From Eledone cirrhosa (Eukaryota), in assembly GCA_964016885.1 (NCBI GenBank), contig OZ024741.1, positions 44,206,001 through 44,270,000 of the forward strand: DNA of 64,000 nucleotides, given 5' to 3'. The notes beneath the pieces were generated by a model. It was given only the letters and a program-made list of their open reading frames with translations, had not been told where the DNA came from and searched no databases. Both the position numbers and the translations under genes were made by a program. The stretch's first letter is position 1. Each line of letters opens with the position of its first letter. This document shows positions 27,316 through 43,278 of this stretch, piece by piece.

Positions 27316-27878
27316 TGGTGGCTGCCAACTCGTTTTCCAGTGAGTACGGCCACTACTTTATATCCATGTAGGAGAACACCTGCCGATACGCGAACGAGTG
27401 TGACTTTTTAGTCCAGCCAGCGACTTGAAAACTCTGGTACAAACACTACACTTGTGACAATTATTGACACATAGTGCTGGGCCCATGGTACCATGTGACG
27501 ACAAGTGCAGAGAGAACTCCAGATATAAAGCAATGCCTGTGCCGTGAAGCTTTTATAGCGAGCAAAGGCACTGCACAAAGCCAGTCCCACTCTCTTAACC
27601 AAGATGATACTTACCAAAAAGAAGAACAAGTCTACATCATTGGATATCATCAGGGTTGCAGGTGTTATATCAGAGTTTTCCTTCTCCTAGAATTCTGCCT
27701 TGATAAAGGCTAAGCAGTCATCTGCCCTTTTTGCTTTTTTGACAGGTTTTGTTTTTAGTCCTGCAGGATGTCCAGTCACCCTCCTCACCAAGAAACCTTG
27801 GTGGGGTTGCCAGTTTAGTCGCCAACAACCCGACCATGAAACAGGTTGTACTGGGATACATGTTACCAGTACCACCAA
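27316..27878 (-). mobile_element. RTE-derived element R1
   Basis: Family match. Confidence 0.85.
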
Positions 27879-27930
27879 CATACACACACATATATATGTA
27901 TATTTACATAATAAACAACACAATATATTT

Positions 27931-28003
27931 ATTCCATTATCAAAGGTTTCAAAAAAACTAGACGATACTTACAGAAACGTCCATTACGTTCATCAGATGA
28001 AAT
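27931..28003 (-). ncRNA. Hammerhead-like motif, with a diverged inverted partner at ~28020-28090
   Basis: ATTTCAT-CTGATGA-...-GAAA-CCTTTGA-TA-ATGGAAT. Confidence 0.5.
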
Positions 28004-28457
28004 AGTTATCTATGAATATTTGATTTGATGAACTGACAGGACGGGTCTGTAAGGAACGTCTAGTTTCTTGAAACATTTGATAATGGAATAATTATATTGT
28101 GTTGCTTATTATGTAATTAAATACCTTTGTACTATACATAGTGAACTCTTCTTTCCTTTACCTTTTCTACGGAAATACGAAAATACTTAACACCCCCCCC
28201 CCCCCCCACACACACACACACACACACACCAACACGCACACACACAGATAATATATATATATATATCATTGAATGATACTGGGGTTACTTTTTTGTTGTA
28301 AACAAAACCATTCCGTTATATTACATTTTTGTACATTATGCCATGTTTAAGGTAACTATATCTTATGTAATTCTACTAAGTTATAATATTATATATATAT
28401 ATATATGGCAAGTAAGTATGTTTTGAAACAGTGAGCAAGTTTGAAATTAGAAAATAG

Positions 28458-28665
28458 AATAACTTTCACCGTATTTTTGACTAAAGGAATTTTAGCCTGA
28501 TAATGGGGTTTAGAATCCTCAGATAAATGGAAAAAAGATGAGTATTGACGTACATGGGGGGGGGGGGCGGTACGTCAATACTCATCTTTTTTCCATTTAT
28601 CTGAGGATTCTAAACCCCATTATCAGGCTAAAATTCCTTTAGTCAAAAATACGGTGAAAGCTATT
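28458..28665. repeat. Palindrome with a poly-G loop
   Basis: ~90 bp arms around ATGGGGGGGGGGGGCG. Confidence 0.85.
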
Positions 28666-28691
28666 ATATATATATATATATATATATATGC

Positions 28692-28735
<44 letters not shown>

Positions 28736-28970
28736 GAGAGAATTATTTATATATATATAGAGAGAGAGAGAGAGACAAGCAGTCAGTGGTTGGCAGAGAA
28801 ACAATCCACAAGGTGGGTGACAGGCAGGTGAAATATAGAAAAGATTGAAAGAGGTGAATAACAAGGAGCAGTGTGTTGGTGGCTAGAAATGACTGGAAGG
28901 ATATAAAGAAAGGCAATGTACACGACAACTGCGCGTACACACACACGCACACGCGCACACACATATATAC

Positions 28971-29033
<63 letters not shown>

Positions 29034-29694
29034 AGTGGAAGCTTAGTAAAATCGAAGCTTTGGCTGTGGACAAAGCAAAGTCGACCTACAATAAGGAATG
29101 AGTAGCAAAGCGCTCAATAAGTGTAGATCCTTAGAGTAATAACATTAATCTAGCTTGACAAATTGAAAATTGCGGTAGGCAACGCCCAACCATACAGTAA
29201 CAAAACAACGAAAGAACTAATCAGGTTAAAACAACAGACCTGGACAGATCGAACGATATTCTGAAATACGTCCGATATGTTTCTATGAATTCGAAATCAT
29301 CAATCCCTCTTACGTAACACGCAAGCTTGTGGTATTCGATGATAAAACAGGGGATTCACTTCATCGACAAGCATTCCGTCCTTTTGTCTCAAACGAGTGT
29401 TGACTTAAACTCCATGCGACCGCTACAATTGAGAGCCTTCAATCATTTCGTTGTCACGTGTTATTTCCAACAAAGGAAGCAGCCCCCGGTTTTTGGTGGG
29501 TAAATTCAAAGTGTTAACAAAGGAAAATTAATTCCGTCCAACATTCCGAATAACAGCTCTCAACTTGACGTTATTAATCAAACACAAATAATTAACCAAG
29601 CAACAGAATTGTCTAATTAAATCAATTAATTAATCATTATGTCTAGGAGATAATACTACAAGTGGAAGCTTAGTAAAGTCGATATGTACACCCC

Positions 29695-29753
<59 letters not shown>

Positions 29754-31978
29754 CGAAGGAAGTGTGGTAAGGAACCAGGTGGACCATAACGCACCAAAGT
29801 ACTCAATACTTGAGGTAGTAGAGTGGGTAATAGGAACCAGTAAGACTGTCCAGAATTAGCCGTCGAAACGGCTTGAGCTCAGCTGTCGGGGTCTTACTGG
29901 TTCCTATATATATATATATATACGCACACAAACACACACATACGGGGGAAATTCAAAGTGGTAAATTAACGGGAATACAGAAAACTTAAAGTACCATAAG
30001 AACACGCAATTATCCTTCGTCCTGCAACGATTGAATATGCTTGTGTTTTTTACACTAGCCACCTCCAGTTATATACTTATAGCGTCCAACATACTGGAGA
30101 TTGGCGCACTTGAATTACATGGGAAAGACAAAATAATAGCAGAAATATTAGAAAGTATTGGAATCTTTGACAAGTATATGATTAGAAGGATTGTGTAAGT
30201 GAGGAAATATAATATTGATGTGTTCGGTTAATAGCACATCAGCTAAAAACACTTCCAAACGCTGGCAGAGTCGAAAAGGAAAGAATGTGGGAAACAGATG
30301 TTTGAAGCTGACATGTTTTGTGTAAAAGTGAAGGGTTACAGAGAGCCGTTGTGAGAAAGAAGAGAAACAAGAGAAGGGAAAGGGGGGAAAGTGAGATAGA
30401 AATACAAAGATAGAAAAGCAGCCGTAAACAGCAGAGACAGCTGGACAGGAAGAGAATGGCAGTGGGAAATAGGTAATAAAATTGTAGTTAGTGATATAAA
30501 ATTTGCCAACGATTTGAACAGAGAAACGATGGTAGGTAAATTTACAGTGACTGTTTTATCCAAATTTGGCGATATTCTACTACAAATATGCCGCTGAAAC
30601 AGAATAAATGGATCAGCAGATACAAAGGGATCAACATCAAAATGTTCCATGAACTTAAAACATGTTTCTTCTCCAGCTCGTACTTTTAAGTGATCATTCG
30701 ATGTTTCGATCTGCTAGATATAGCAGCAAAATCTCTTTCAGATAAAAGCTTATCTTCAAAGCTGAAATCTGTGGATTGGAGGTGGTGAGGACGGTACAGT
30801 TGACGAAGACACAACAAAAGTCGTAAGGTATTATTACCTTTGTGTCTATGTCAACTGAAAATATTTTCCTAAACCATGTAAATCTGAATGAACAAGGATA
30901 TTAGAATACATGACTTAGAGTTCGGAATCAATAGCTCTACAGTTTACTGTCAGTCAAAGTCATATTTAAGTTGGATAAGTACAAAAGAATGTGTAAACTA
31001 TACAATGCTCGGAAGGAAATAATTAAGGAAGGCATATGAGAACAAAACATGACCTGTAGTGAAATAATAATCGATAGAATAAATAACATAAGATATTTAA
31101 TAACATAAGAAAAAGAAGAAAAAGAAACCTTTGAATAATAACAATGTATAAAGCCAGAAAAGCACACCAAATGAAATTAAAATATAATCGAAAGAAGAAA
31201 CTTTAAATAAAAGAAACCATAAAAAGAAATCATCTGAAAAGGAAATCCAGATAACAATCAGAATCTTTAAAACCGACTTGAAAGACAAAAGCTTATATAC
31301 ATATTAAAAAAAAACCGATGTGACAGAAGAATCAAAAGAAAATTGCTTACGACGCATGCCAAATATAATTTCACATTGTGTTACATTAAATCTCACTCTA
31401 GTTAACTTGATATTAATGCTTGACCTGACAGCTATCATGTTTAAAAGCAGACAAGTAGATTTATGCTTGTGCTATATATATTGTTATGGCAGATTTCTTA
31501 CTGGTTAACTAACTGTTTATCTGGCAGAACACGCAGTAGTGTGTATTTTATGAAAAGTATGCACATCATATAGATGTTAGATGTCGTTCTTAATATTGAC
31601 GCCGACTAAACATACATATATAAATACAAACAGAAGCCGTTTTGCTTCAAATACAAGTTCAAATAAGGAATATAGATAAGAAAAGCTATATCAGTAAATA
31701 TATAAGTAGCGACAACTAATTCTCTTTGGAACTTTTACAATATTCATTTACTTAGAGGTTTCATTTGTTTGTGTTATGGAAAATGAAAACTAACCAATGC
31801 CGGTGCCCTAGCATGGCCTCAGTCTATCGGCAGGAAAGCGTAATAGAGCAACAATAAGTCCAAGTCGAGTAAAATAATACTGGTACAACCTCTTCATATA
31901 TATATTTATATTTATTAAAATAACAGATTTAAGTTTGAGCAAAGAATCGCTGCTTTCACCCTTAACGGGATCTCCTGA

Positions 31979-32018
<40 letters not shown>

Positions 32019-32755
32019 TTATATACAAACACACACATATATATATATATGAATGTATGTATAGTATATTTGGTAATATACCGTATGTTTAATTTAAAAC
32101 ATTTAGAAGACCTTGCGCTATCATTTTAAAGTAGTAACTGTGTCACTTACTTCTTTTTTCGGCAAGGGAAAGGAGTGAAGCTGGCAGATTCTGTTTCACA
32201 CTGTTGGTGATCCTCTGCCGAAAATTATAGAGGATGGATTTTTATAGAATTCCAGAAATAATCAGGAATTGATTAAACAGAGCGATTGCCGGTCCAGCAA
32301 AAATTAAAAATTAGGATTGGTGCTCTGAAATAGCGAGGTATACATGAATGTATGTATAGTATATTTGGCAATATACCGCATGTTTAATTAAAAACATTTT
32401 GAAGACCTTGCGCTATCATTTTAAAGTAGCACTAATCCTAATTTTCAATTTTTGATGGAGGTTACGACGTAATGGGCTGTAATATATGGTTTAAATGTAC
32501 GCAATGAAGATGCTTATGTGTTACATGGTATTAACTATTATTATAATGACACTGATAAAAGTATTCTATTCATTTAGTTGAGTACGTGCTTAATTTTTCT
32601 AATACTGAAATGATTTCAACATGAATAGAACTATTTCGTACTTTCGAAATCATGATCCGAATGAAATAGTTCTAGCCCTGTAGAATCATTTATATATGAA
32701 ATAAAATATATATCTACTACTTAGATGCTGACTGTATACATACATATATACATAT

Positions 32756-33855
<1,100 letters not shown>

Positions 33856-33896
33856 TTGGCTCACTCCGTAGAGTACTCTATTGACTTGTATTCATC

Positions 33897-35112
33897 ATGC
33901 AGAAACAACATCAGAATATTTCTACAAAGAACATAACCGTACCAAGCAGGAAGAAATACATAAAACTCCTGATACAGAAAACAGACTCGTTCATTAAAAT
34001 GTTGCGTTGGCGTGCCTTTTATTTCGATAATCAGGTAAGAGCGGACAACCAACAAGATTAATTCGGGTTTAAAACCTACAATAACCTTCCGAATAATCCA
34101 GCATTGCTACCCTTCGAAAATTATGACTTGGAACTCATATGGAGTATCAAATTTCGGAATAGGGGCAATTCCTTCCATCAGAACCTGATGAATATAATTC
34201 GTTCTATTAACGATTCTAATACGCGTGAACATCCTCTCCGACAAAACTGGTAATCTAAATCAAGTGGAGCGCAGTACTTACCATCAACTGCTACATAATA
34301 ATGTAACTAAGGATTACCGTAAAACTAATCGGAGCGTCATTAATGACATCAACGATGCTGGGTTTAAAATCACCTCTGATTTCAACATCATGGACCGGAC
34401 TGAACCTCTGGACCCTATTCCTCCCCACTTTGCCCAGAAAGATCACACATTTCCCGAACAACCCCTCTATTCGGCTTATTAACCCTATGAAGTCCGATTT
34501 AGGTAGACTTAGTAAAAGCATTTTAAATAGAATTATACCTGAAATTAGAAGCTTGGCCCCTCTTTCACTGTGGAACAATTCTTTCGCGGTAATTGATTGG
34601 TTCAACGGCATTTGCAACAAGGAACATTGCCGTTTTATCCAATTCGACATCAATAACTACTATTCCTCTATCACTCTACTACTCCTTCTCTGAGCTATCA
34701 ATTTCGCTATAACTCTCACGGTGGTTAAGGATTTCGAAGTTGATGTCAACTTCAATGCCCATAAGTCGGTGATTAATTTAGACGATTCTATTTGGATTAA
34801 AAAAATCTAATAGTACACCATTCGATGTGAGTATGGGCGCCATCGATTCTGCGGAGGTTACTGATCTTATCGGCCTGTTCCTTCTTTTCTCTATCAAGGA
34901 AGAATTCCCCGACGTTGGCGGTGGTTTGTACCGCGACGACGGTCTTTTGACCATGCCAAAGTGCGGTTCACGCCCTTGCGACATGTTCAGAAAAGAACTC
35001 ACAGCTTTGTTTAAAGGCTTTAACCTCTCCACACAGGTTGAGGCCAACCTCTCGGTCGTTATTTACCTCGACGTTACCCTCTATTTGTCGAATGGCTTGC
35101 ACTACCCGTATA
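33897..35112 (+). pseudogene. 3'-truncated Penelope-like RT
   Basis: STKNITVPS, LRWRAFYF, SDKTGNL, IRLINPMKSDLG, FDINNYYSSI, MGAIDSAEVTDLIG, GLYRDDGL, YLDVTL. No endonuclease domain. Confidence 0.9.
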
Positions 35113-35154
35113 GTAATCTGTTATTTTAATATAAATATATATATATATATATAT

Positions 35155-35625
35155 AAAAGTAAGTCCGTAGAATCATTAGATAAAAAATATATACAGTATT
35201 TCTTCTCCCAATCAGCATAATCAACCACACAAAAAATGATTTAAACGAGTCTAGATAAATAAATGATAGCTTTTTATCCGCCATTTACAGCCACAGAAAA
35301 TTTACCTAGTATTGGTTAAACCAAAAAGTGAATGATTTCGGTATGTTTGTGTACATTTTTCTTGTATCTTTGATTTTGTACCTAATTATGTATGGTTAAC
35401 TATATATCTAGTCAATTTCTACAGGCTATCAGAAATACTAGGTAAATTTTCTGTGGCTTTGAATCGCTGATAAAAAGCTATCATTTATTTATCTATTATT
35501 TCTTCATAGGTATATTTTAAACTTATAGCCTCGTTTAAATGATTGTTTGTGTGGTTGATTATGCTGATTGGGAGAAGAAATACTGTATATATATTTTATC
35601 TAATGATTCTATGGACTTACTTTTT
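35155..35625. repeat. Imperfect inverted repeat (~160-190 bp arms)
   Basis: 35155-35313 versus 35434-35625. Confidence 0.85.
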
Positions 35626-35732
35626 TATATATTGCTCTGATTGTTAATTATTTAATTAATACATCATTGAGCCACACCGTGAATGGTTGCCAAAAACACA
35701 CACACACATATATATATTTATATATATATATA

Positions 35733-35923
<191 letters not shown>

Positions 35924-36995
35924 GTATATCTGTATATATACACAATCTTTGACCATTGCCCGTGATTCAATAACAATTTTGAGAACTGTTTGACACGACG
36001 ACACTACTGCAACGCTCTCATTGCATGCCCACATATGGAATTACCCCTTGATGAGTTCAACCAGGCTACTGCTGTCTTAATAATACCGCGTTAGTACAGA
36101 CCTAGCTGTCGAAACGGCTGGAGCTCAGCCGTCGGTGTCCTGACACTTTTCCTATTACCCACTCTACTACCCAGTATCGAGTTCTTTGGTGCGTTATGGT
36201 CCACCTGGTTACTTACCACACTTTCTTCGTTATATATATATATATAGTAATAATAATAAATTTGAAGACTAAAATCCAAAGAGGGCTCAATAAGGATAAA
36301 TATATATCAAATATTTATTAAAATAACAGATTAAAGTTTGGGCAAAGAATTGCTGCTTTCAACCTTAACAGGATCCTCTGCAACTAACAAAGTCAATCTG
36401 TGAACGCAGAAGTGAATATTTCAAAAAACGTTGCAACCGGAGGAAGACAGGAAGACGATACTTTGGTTCGTGGAAACGTTCCCTGGCAAAGAACGGGAAA
36501 AAACGAATATTATACGTCATTATTTTGAGCGGCTAAAAGCAATTACACATAAAGACAAAACCACGTTTATGTTATAAAAGAAGTCGTAGACTAATATTCT
36601 ATTAGGTGGTTCATAGAGACGTTCTCTGGCAATGAACGAAAAAAACGAAGATAATACGTCATATGTGGAGTGTGGAGAACAATTGCACGCAAAGACAAAA
36701 CCACGTAAATGGTATAACCGAAGTCGTAGACTAAAATTCGAACTAAGAAACCGAATAATTCTCGGCTTCAGAGTTAAGAATAAAGTAAATAAAATACAGA
36801 GGTAAATGAAATTAAATAAATACATACACACATCCATATACGTACATACACAAGCATACGCGAAAACACTCGCTATAGGTTTACAAATACACGCACGCAC
36901 ACAAAAAAAACCACAAAAAAAACCACGCACATACAGATCCCATGCAACGCCTCTACCCGCACGCATACGAATGTATACACCAAATACACATAAAA

Positions 36996-37083
<88 letters not shown>

Positions 37084-37158
37084 TTGTGTGCGTATATACA
37101 TATAATTAAATAAACGTTAAGGGTGAAAGCAGCGATTCCTTGCTTAAACTTTAATCTG

Positions 37159-37261
<103 letters not shown>

Positions 37262-37600
37262 GTGATATAGATGTAATATAATGTATATATATATAGGTTA
37301 TGTTGGTTAAAGAGATTACGTATATTGTTCTTAATAATATTAAGGTTAACTATGTTGCAATTTAAGATAGTCTTTTAATGTCTAACCCCTAATCTGTACC
37401 TTTTCTCACTGTTGCCAAACATAGAAACAATTATTACACAATACAATACATTCTTACTATATATTACCTTGCAAAAATCCTTCGTAAACATAAACATTTT
37501 TTGACGTTAGATTCATAATTTTTTTCTCCCTTTCATCTAACTTATTCATGCTCATCTCGCAATATATCCTTACTTACATTACTTGTTGTTCTTTTTAATA

Positions 37601-37770
37601 ATACATATCAACATTTTCTTTCCATCGCACATATTATTAAACCCTTAAATATTATTCTTAATACATATTAACATTTTCTTTCCATCGCACATATTATTAA
37701 ACCCTTAAATATTATTCTTAATACATATTAACATTTTCTTTTCATCGCACATATTATTAAACCCTTCAAT
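37601..37770 (+). repeat. 60 bp tandem repeat, about 2.8 copies
   Basis: ATACATAT(C/T)AACATTTTCTTTCCATCGCACATATTATTAAACCCTT repeats in register with the 60-nt lines. Confidence 0.9.
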
Positions 37771-38130
37771 ATACAAACCTTAACTTTACATTATTTTTCT
37801 CTTCGTTAATTTTCAAATTCTTTTAATTTATACATTATCTTCCAACGGTTTTTCAACCTCTCTATGTAAAACAATACATTTCTCTCAGTTATAAAAGCTA
37901 TCTCTCTCTCTATATCAGCCATCTCTCCTCCTATCTCACCCTTCCTCATTATACTCCTCCTTCTCCACCTATTTCTCTCATCTCCTCCTCTTTTTCATCC
38001 ATTCCAAACCCCCCATCCTAAAAAAAATATGTTTCCCAATATCACACATCAATCTAAAACTACTTTTCATATGTTGATTTAAAACTGCACTATCTACAAG
38101 TGTTTTTTAACCTTCATATCATGTCTTCCT

Positions 38131-38199
38131 ATTTTATCTGATGAAAACACAAATATTATTGCATGATGATATTTGTTTTTGAAATGCGCATAATAAAAT
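38131..38199 (+). ncRNA. Type I hammerhead ribozyme, intact core
   Basis: ATTTTAT-CTGATGA-stem II-GAAA-TGCGCA-TA-ATAAAAT. Same family as 16954. Confidence 0.8.
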
Positions 38200-38237
38200 A
38201 CATGGAACTCTTTTAACCATGTTTTGTTCTTATATAT

Positions 38238-38275
<38 letters not shown>

Positions 38276-38985
38276 TATATACATTATATTACATCTCTAT
38301 CACCTTTTATGCCATACCAATATATGCACGTACACACTATGGCCGCGAATGCGTATATAACACGCGTAAACGTTTGCAGTCACAGGTAAGTATATGTATA
38401 CTCTAAGAAATGAATTAATATATGGATATATAAATAAATAAGATAAACACATTTAAGGTTGAAAGTTCTTAGGACAGAAGAAATAACTTAGTAATAATAT
38501 TTTCTTGTGAACAAAATCGATGTATTACGAAGTTTAATTTCTTAAATACGTAATTGCATAGATTGATAATTCCACCCAACTATGTTAAATTGTGAACACA
38601 AGCAAACACTATTGGGGCAGAACTTCCTTACTGCCTGTTGATACAGATTAATTGTACACCAAATAAGAGTTTCTATATTAATAACAATGACAATTATGAT
38701 GCAAATAAAAATAAATACTAAACGATGATAGAGTCGGGCTTAAATAATAGTTACATCTCTGATACTGTGTGACGCCCTAGCTGTTATTTATATTAATGTC
38801 TGCTTTGATCAAACAGACATGTAATCAACGGTGAACAAGCAGCGTCCCTATAGTATATTTGTATTATTTTCTTGAATCACAATGTAATGCAGACCTGCCA
38901 ACATCTGAAAACCCAAACGAGGAGTACCATGAAAAAAAACCCCAAAACAGCGAGAAAAGAATTAAATTGGGTTCATATTACATAA

Positions 38986-39150
38986 TTTTTTCTACTTAAG
39001 GCACAAGGCCAGCAATTACCCAGTAAATTACTGGTACTTTATTTTATCGACCCCGTAAGGATGAAAGGCAAAGTTAACCTCGGCCGGATTTGAACTCAGA
39101 TCATAAAGGGACGTAACTATGCTGGAAAGCATGTCCGACCCTCTACCGAT
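38986..39150 (-). mobile_element. SINE S1
   Basis: Family core. Confidence 0.85.
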
Positions 39151-40558
39151 AATGAAAGCTATACCGATTTTGACAAGGGAAGACATCACTCTCCCACCCC
39201 AAAGTGTGTGGAAGATCTCCCCGTCCGACGTCCGACAAGGAGAGTTGACAGGTCTGGTAATATCTTTCTTTATTTTAAGACGGCTGCCTCAGCTGAACGG
39301 AAATAAAATCAAAAGAAAAAAAATCGTAAACAAATATAAAACTGCGTTTAGGAAAACTGTTTACATCGCAATTTATGTGGCATTTAGATAAAATGTAGCT
39401 TGAGACTTTTACTGTCACAATTTTACCCTGGCCTTTTATTCTGGATTAAAGATTCAAGATTAATTTGGCTTGTATTTCTAACATGCCACGAAAACACGTG
39501 GACCATCTCACATTGGATATTACGTAAGGCTGAAACTGGTTGTTGAATACTTAACTCTTTGGACTATAAATTGTTAGTAGTTACATACATTTCACTAACA
39601 TTTCAGATATTCGTAAATTTGACTTTTAATCTTATCTGAATACCATTCGTTATGTAAATGATATAAATATTTCCCAATGTGGCGTTTAACAAATATGTTG
39701 ATAATACTGTCGTTTTGAATCGTGATAATCGCAATGCATTAATTAAATTTACATAGAACTATCAAGAAAGATAGAAGAATAAACATTATACACATTGTTC
39801 CTTCACAAATATGATTGATTACATGTAAGTTAAACAATGAACATAGTATTAATATATGCGTACAATTCCATATGTATGCTGTTCTGATTATTTGCTTACA
39901 TTTCATTAATGAGTTTAACGTTAAGCGGTGGTACAAGGCATTATCAATTATATTTGGATATGCATATGAAAGTAAATTCTGTGGAAAAGTAATGTGGAAA
40001 AGTAATGACACACTCAGACACACACACACACACACACGCGACATTCCCCACACTAGTAATTGTGCAAACATTAATGACTAAAGATGAAGACAAAATTACA
40101 TCTATACACACACACAAACACGCAAACACACACGAACGGACACACACATACACACGTACATACACACACTCCACGCACTAATAGTTGTACAAATGTTACT
40201 GTCGCAACGTATGATATCAATAAACAACTGATTTGTCCTATACAGGTTGGCTGGAACCTATTCTAAAAACGAATTATTGTAAAATATAACTAATATAAAT
40301 AAAAAGCAGAAATGACAACTAAAACCCACTTAAAAAATGGAAGAATACTGAATTGCTGACAACGTTATGCTCGCAGTATAGTACGTTCCTCTAATTAAAA
40401 TGTATAATTAAACAATAATTAATGTTTTTTTATATAATTAACAATGAGGGGAGAAATGTTACCTTATGGGCATTGTATATATGTACGGAATGGTAACTGT
40501 TGTTGAAATCGTAATGGTGTCTTAGTGACATACTGCGTGTATTGGGCATGCTCTAAAT

Positions 40559-40852
40559 GAGTCATAGGCAACCTGCGGCCCACGAATCTTTCTGATTGGC
40601 TCGCCTAAGTCACCTAAGTGAAATCTTTCTGATTTTTTTTACCCCTGATTTTTTTCTGTCGTAATTTATCTTTCTATCCTTTACACGATTGAAGAAAACA
40701 CGGTGTACGAATTTTGAAGAAACAAATCAAAACAGCCTGAGTTACCGCATTTTCTTTTAATGAGGACACGTATATAAATTAGCGCTTGCAGCCCGCCTGA
40801 TGATGAGCATATCCCATGCGGCACGCTTCTCGAAAAGGGTTGTCCATGCATG
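40559..40852. mobile_element. hAT (Charlie-like) MITE
   Basis: Degenerate TIRs GAGTCATAGGCAACC and GGTTGTCCATGCATG, internal GCGGCCC motifs, and an 8 bp TSD CTCTAAAT/CTCTAAAG. Confidence 0.75.
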
Positions 40853-41326
40853 CTCTAAAGCCTGGTGTAGCTCATCCCCTCTCCAAGTATGAGGGGAGTT
40901 GATTTCTTCGAGAGATTAAAGAGTGAGGTAGAGCGGAAACGAGAAAGAGATACAGAGGACAATTCGACCTCATTACTGAACTGGTACTCTATTCCATCGG
41001 CATCGGAACTATGAAAGACGGTTTTGAACTCAGATCACAGAGAGTAGCAAAGAATATTGTAATTCTATTCGACATTTTTTCGATTCTGCCTATTTGCCGC
41101 CTTATACTTTCGTACATGGGTCATATCATTAAAGCAAGTTTTAATGTAGTCGGTACTCAATCTCAAAACCTTCATTTTAACGTTGGCATGGCATAAATAA
41201 CGTAAGCGAATACTTTGAATGGAGTGAACTTGGCCGGCTGATGTGCAGGCTGTTTATTGATATGCACATAAGGTATCAGAGTCCGATAAATTTGCATCTG
41301 GAATACACACACACTCACACACACAG

Positions 41327-41429
<103 letters not shown>

Positions 41430-41434
41430 CATAT

Positions 41435-41480
<46 letters not shown>

Positions 41481-41517
41481 ATTCCAGATGCAAAAAAAAA
41501 GGTAACACGACGATATG

Positions 41518-42493
41518 TCAGGTCACCAGTACAACTTGTCTCATGGTCGGCTCGTTGGCGACTAAACTGGAAACCCCACCAAGGTTTGGACATCCTGCAG
41601 GACTAAAAACAAAACCTGTCAAAGGGCAAAGGAACTCTTAAGAGTCAATGGCCATCCAAAATCACCGGAAGAGATGACCCCTTAGCCTTTGTCAAGGCAG
41701 AATTCTAGGAGAAGGAAAACTCTGATATAACACCTGCAACCCGAGTTGGCAGCCACCATGTATGTATGTATGTATGTATGTATGTATGTATGTATGTATG
41801 TATGTTTATGTCAGGTCACCAGTTGGTGCTACTGGTAACATGTATCCCAGTACAACCTGTCTCATGGTCGGGTCGTTGGCGACTAAACTGACAACCCCAC
41901 CAAGGTTTCTTGGTGAGGAGGGTGACTTTGGACATCCTGCAGGACTAAAAACAAAACCTGTCAAAGGGCAAAGGAGCTCGTAAGAGTCAATGGCCATCCA
42001 AAATCACCGGGAGAGATGACCTCTTAGCCTTTGTCAAGGCAGAATTCTAGGAGAAGGAAAACTCTGATATAACACCTGCAACCCTGATGGTATCCAATGA
42101 TGTTGACTTGTTCTTCTTTTTGGTAAATATCATCTTGGTTAAGAGAGTGGGACTGGCTTTGTGCAGTGCCTTTGCTCACTATAAAAGCTTCACGGCACAG
42201 GCATTGCTTTATATCTGGAGATCTCTCTGCACTTCTCACATGGTACCAAGGGCCCAGCACTATGTGTCAATAATTGTCACAAGTGTAGTGTTTGTACCAG
42301 AGTTTTCAAGTCGCTGGCTGGACTAAAAAGTCACACTCGTTCAGCGCATCGGTAGGGGTTCTCCTACATGGATATAAAGTAGTGGCCGTACTCGAAAACG
42401 AGTTGGCAGCCACCATGTATATATATATATGTATGTATATGTATGTTTGTATATATGTATGTTTGTATGTATGTTTGTATATATGTATGTATG

Positions 42494-42527
<34 letters not shown>

Positions 42528-43278
42528 TGTATATGTATATGTATGTATGTATATATATATATATCAAAGGGCAAGGGAGCTCTTAAGACTCAATAGCCAT
42601 CCAAAATCACCGGGAGAGATGACCCCTTAGCCTTTGTCAAGGCAGAATTCTAGGAGAAGGAAAACTCTGATATAACACCTGCAACCCTGATGGTATCCAA
42701 TGATGTTGACTTGTTCTTCTTTTTGGTAAATATCATCTTGGTTAAGAGAGTGGGACTGGCTTTGTGCAGTGCCTTTGCTCACTATAAAAGCTTCACAGCA
42801 CAGGCATTGCTTTATATCTGGAGATCTCTCTGCACTTGTCATCACATGGTACCATGGGCCCTGCACTATGTGTCAATAATGGTCACAAGTGTAGTCTTTG
42901 TACCAGAGTTTTCAAGTCGCTGGCTGGACTAAAAAGTCACATTCGTTCAGCGCATCGGTAGGGGTTCTCCTACATGGATATAAAGTAGTGGCCGTACTCG
43001 AAAACGAGTTGGCAGCCACCATGTATGTATGTATGTATGTATGTATGTATGTATGTTTGTGTGTGTATATAAATATATGTATATTATTATTGTTGTTGTT
43101 GTCGTTATTATTATGGTTGTTATTATTATTATTATTGTTATTATTATTCTGAGTTCAAATCCCGCCAAGGTTAACTTTGCCTTTCATAAAAAGTCACACT
43201 CGTTCAGCGCATCCGTAGGGGTTCTCCTACATGGATATAAAGTAGTGGCCGTACACGAAAACGAGTTGGCAGCCACCA
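41518..43278 (+). mobile_element. Tandem array of four R1 copies or fragments (41518-41757, 41811-42414, 42565-43020, 43187-43277)
   Basis: Head-to-tail copies separated by (ATGT)n tails. Confidence 0.9.

Noticed and set aside
30336-30690. Possible host exon (104 aa ORF)
   Set aside because: No recognisable domain or convincing splice context. Short host exons elsewhere cannot be excluded without RNA-seq.
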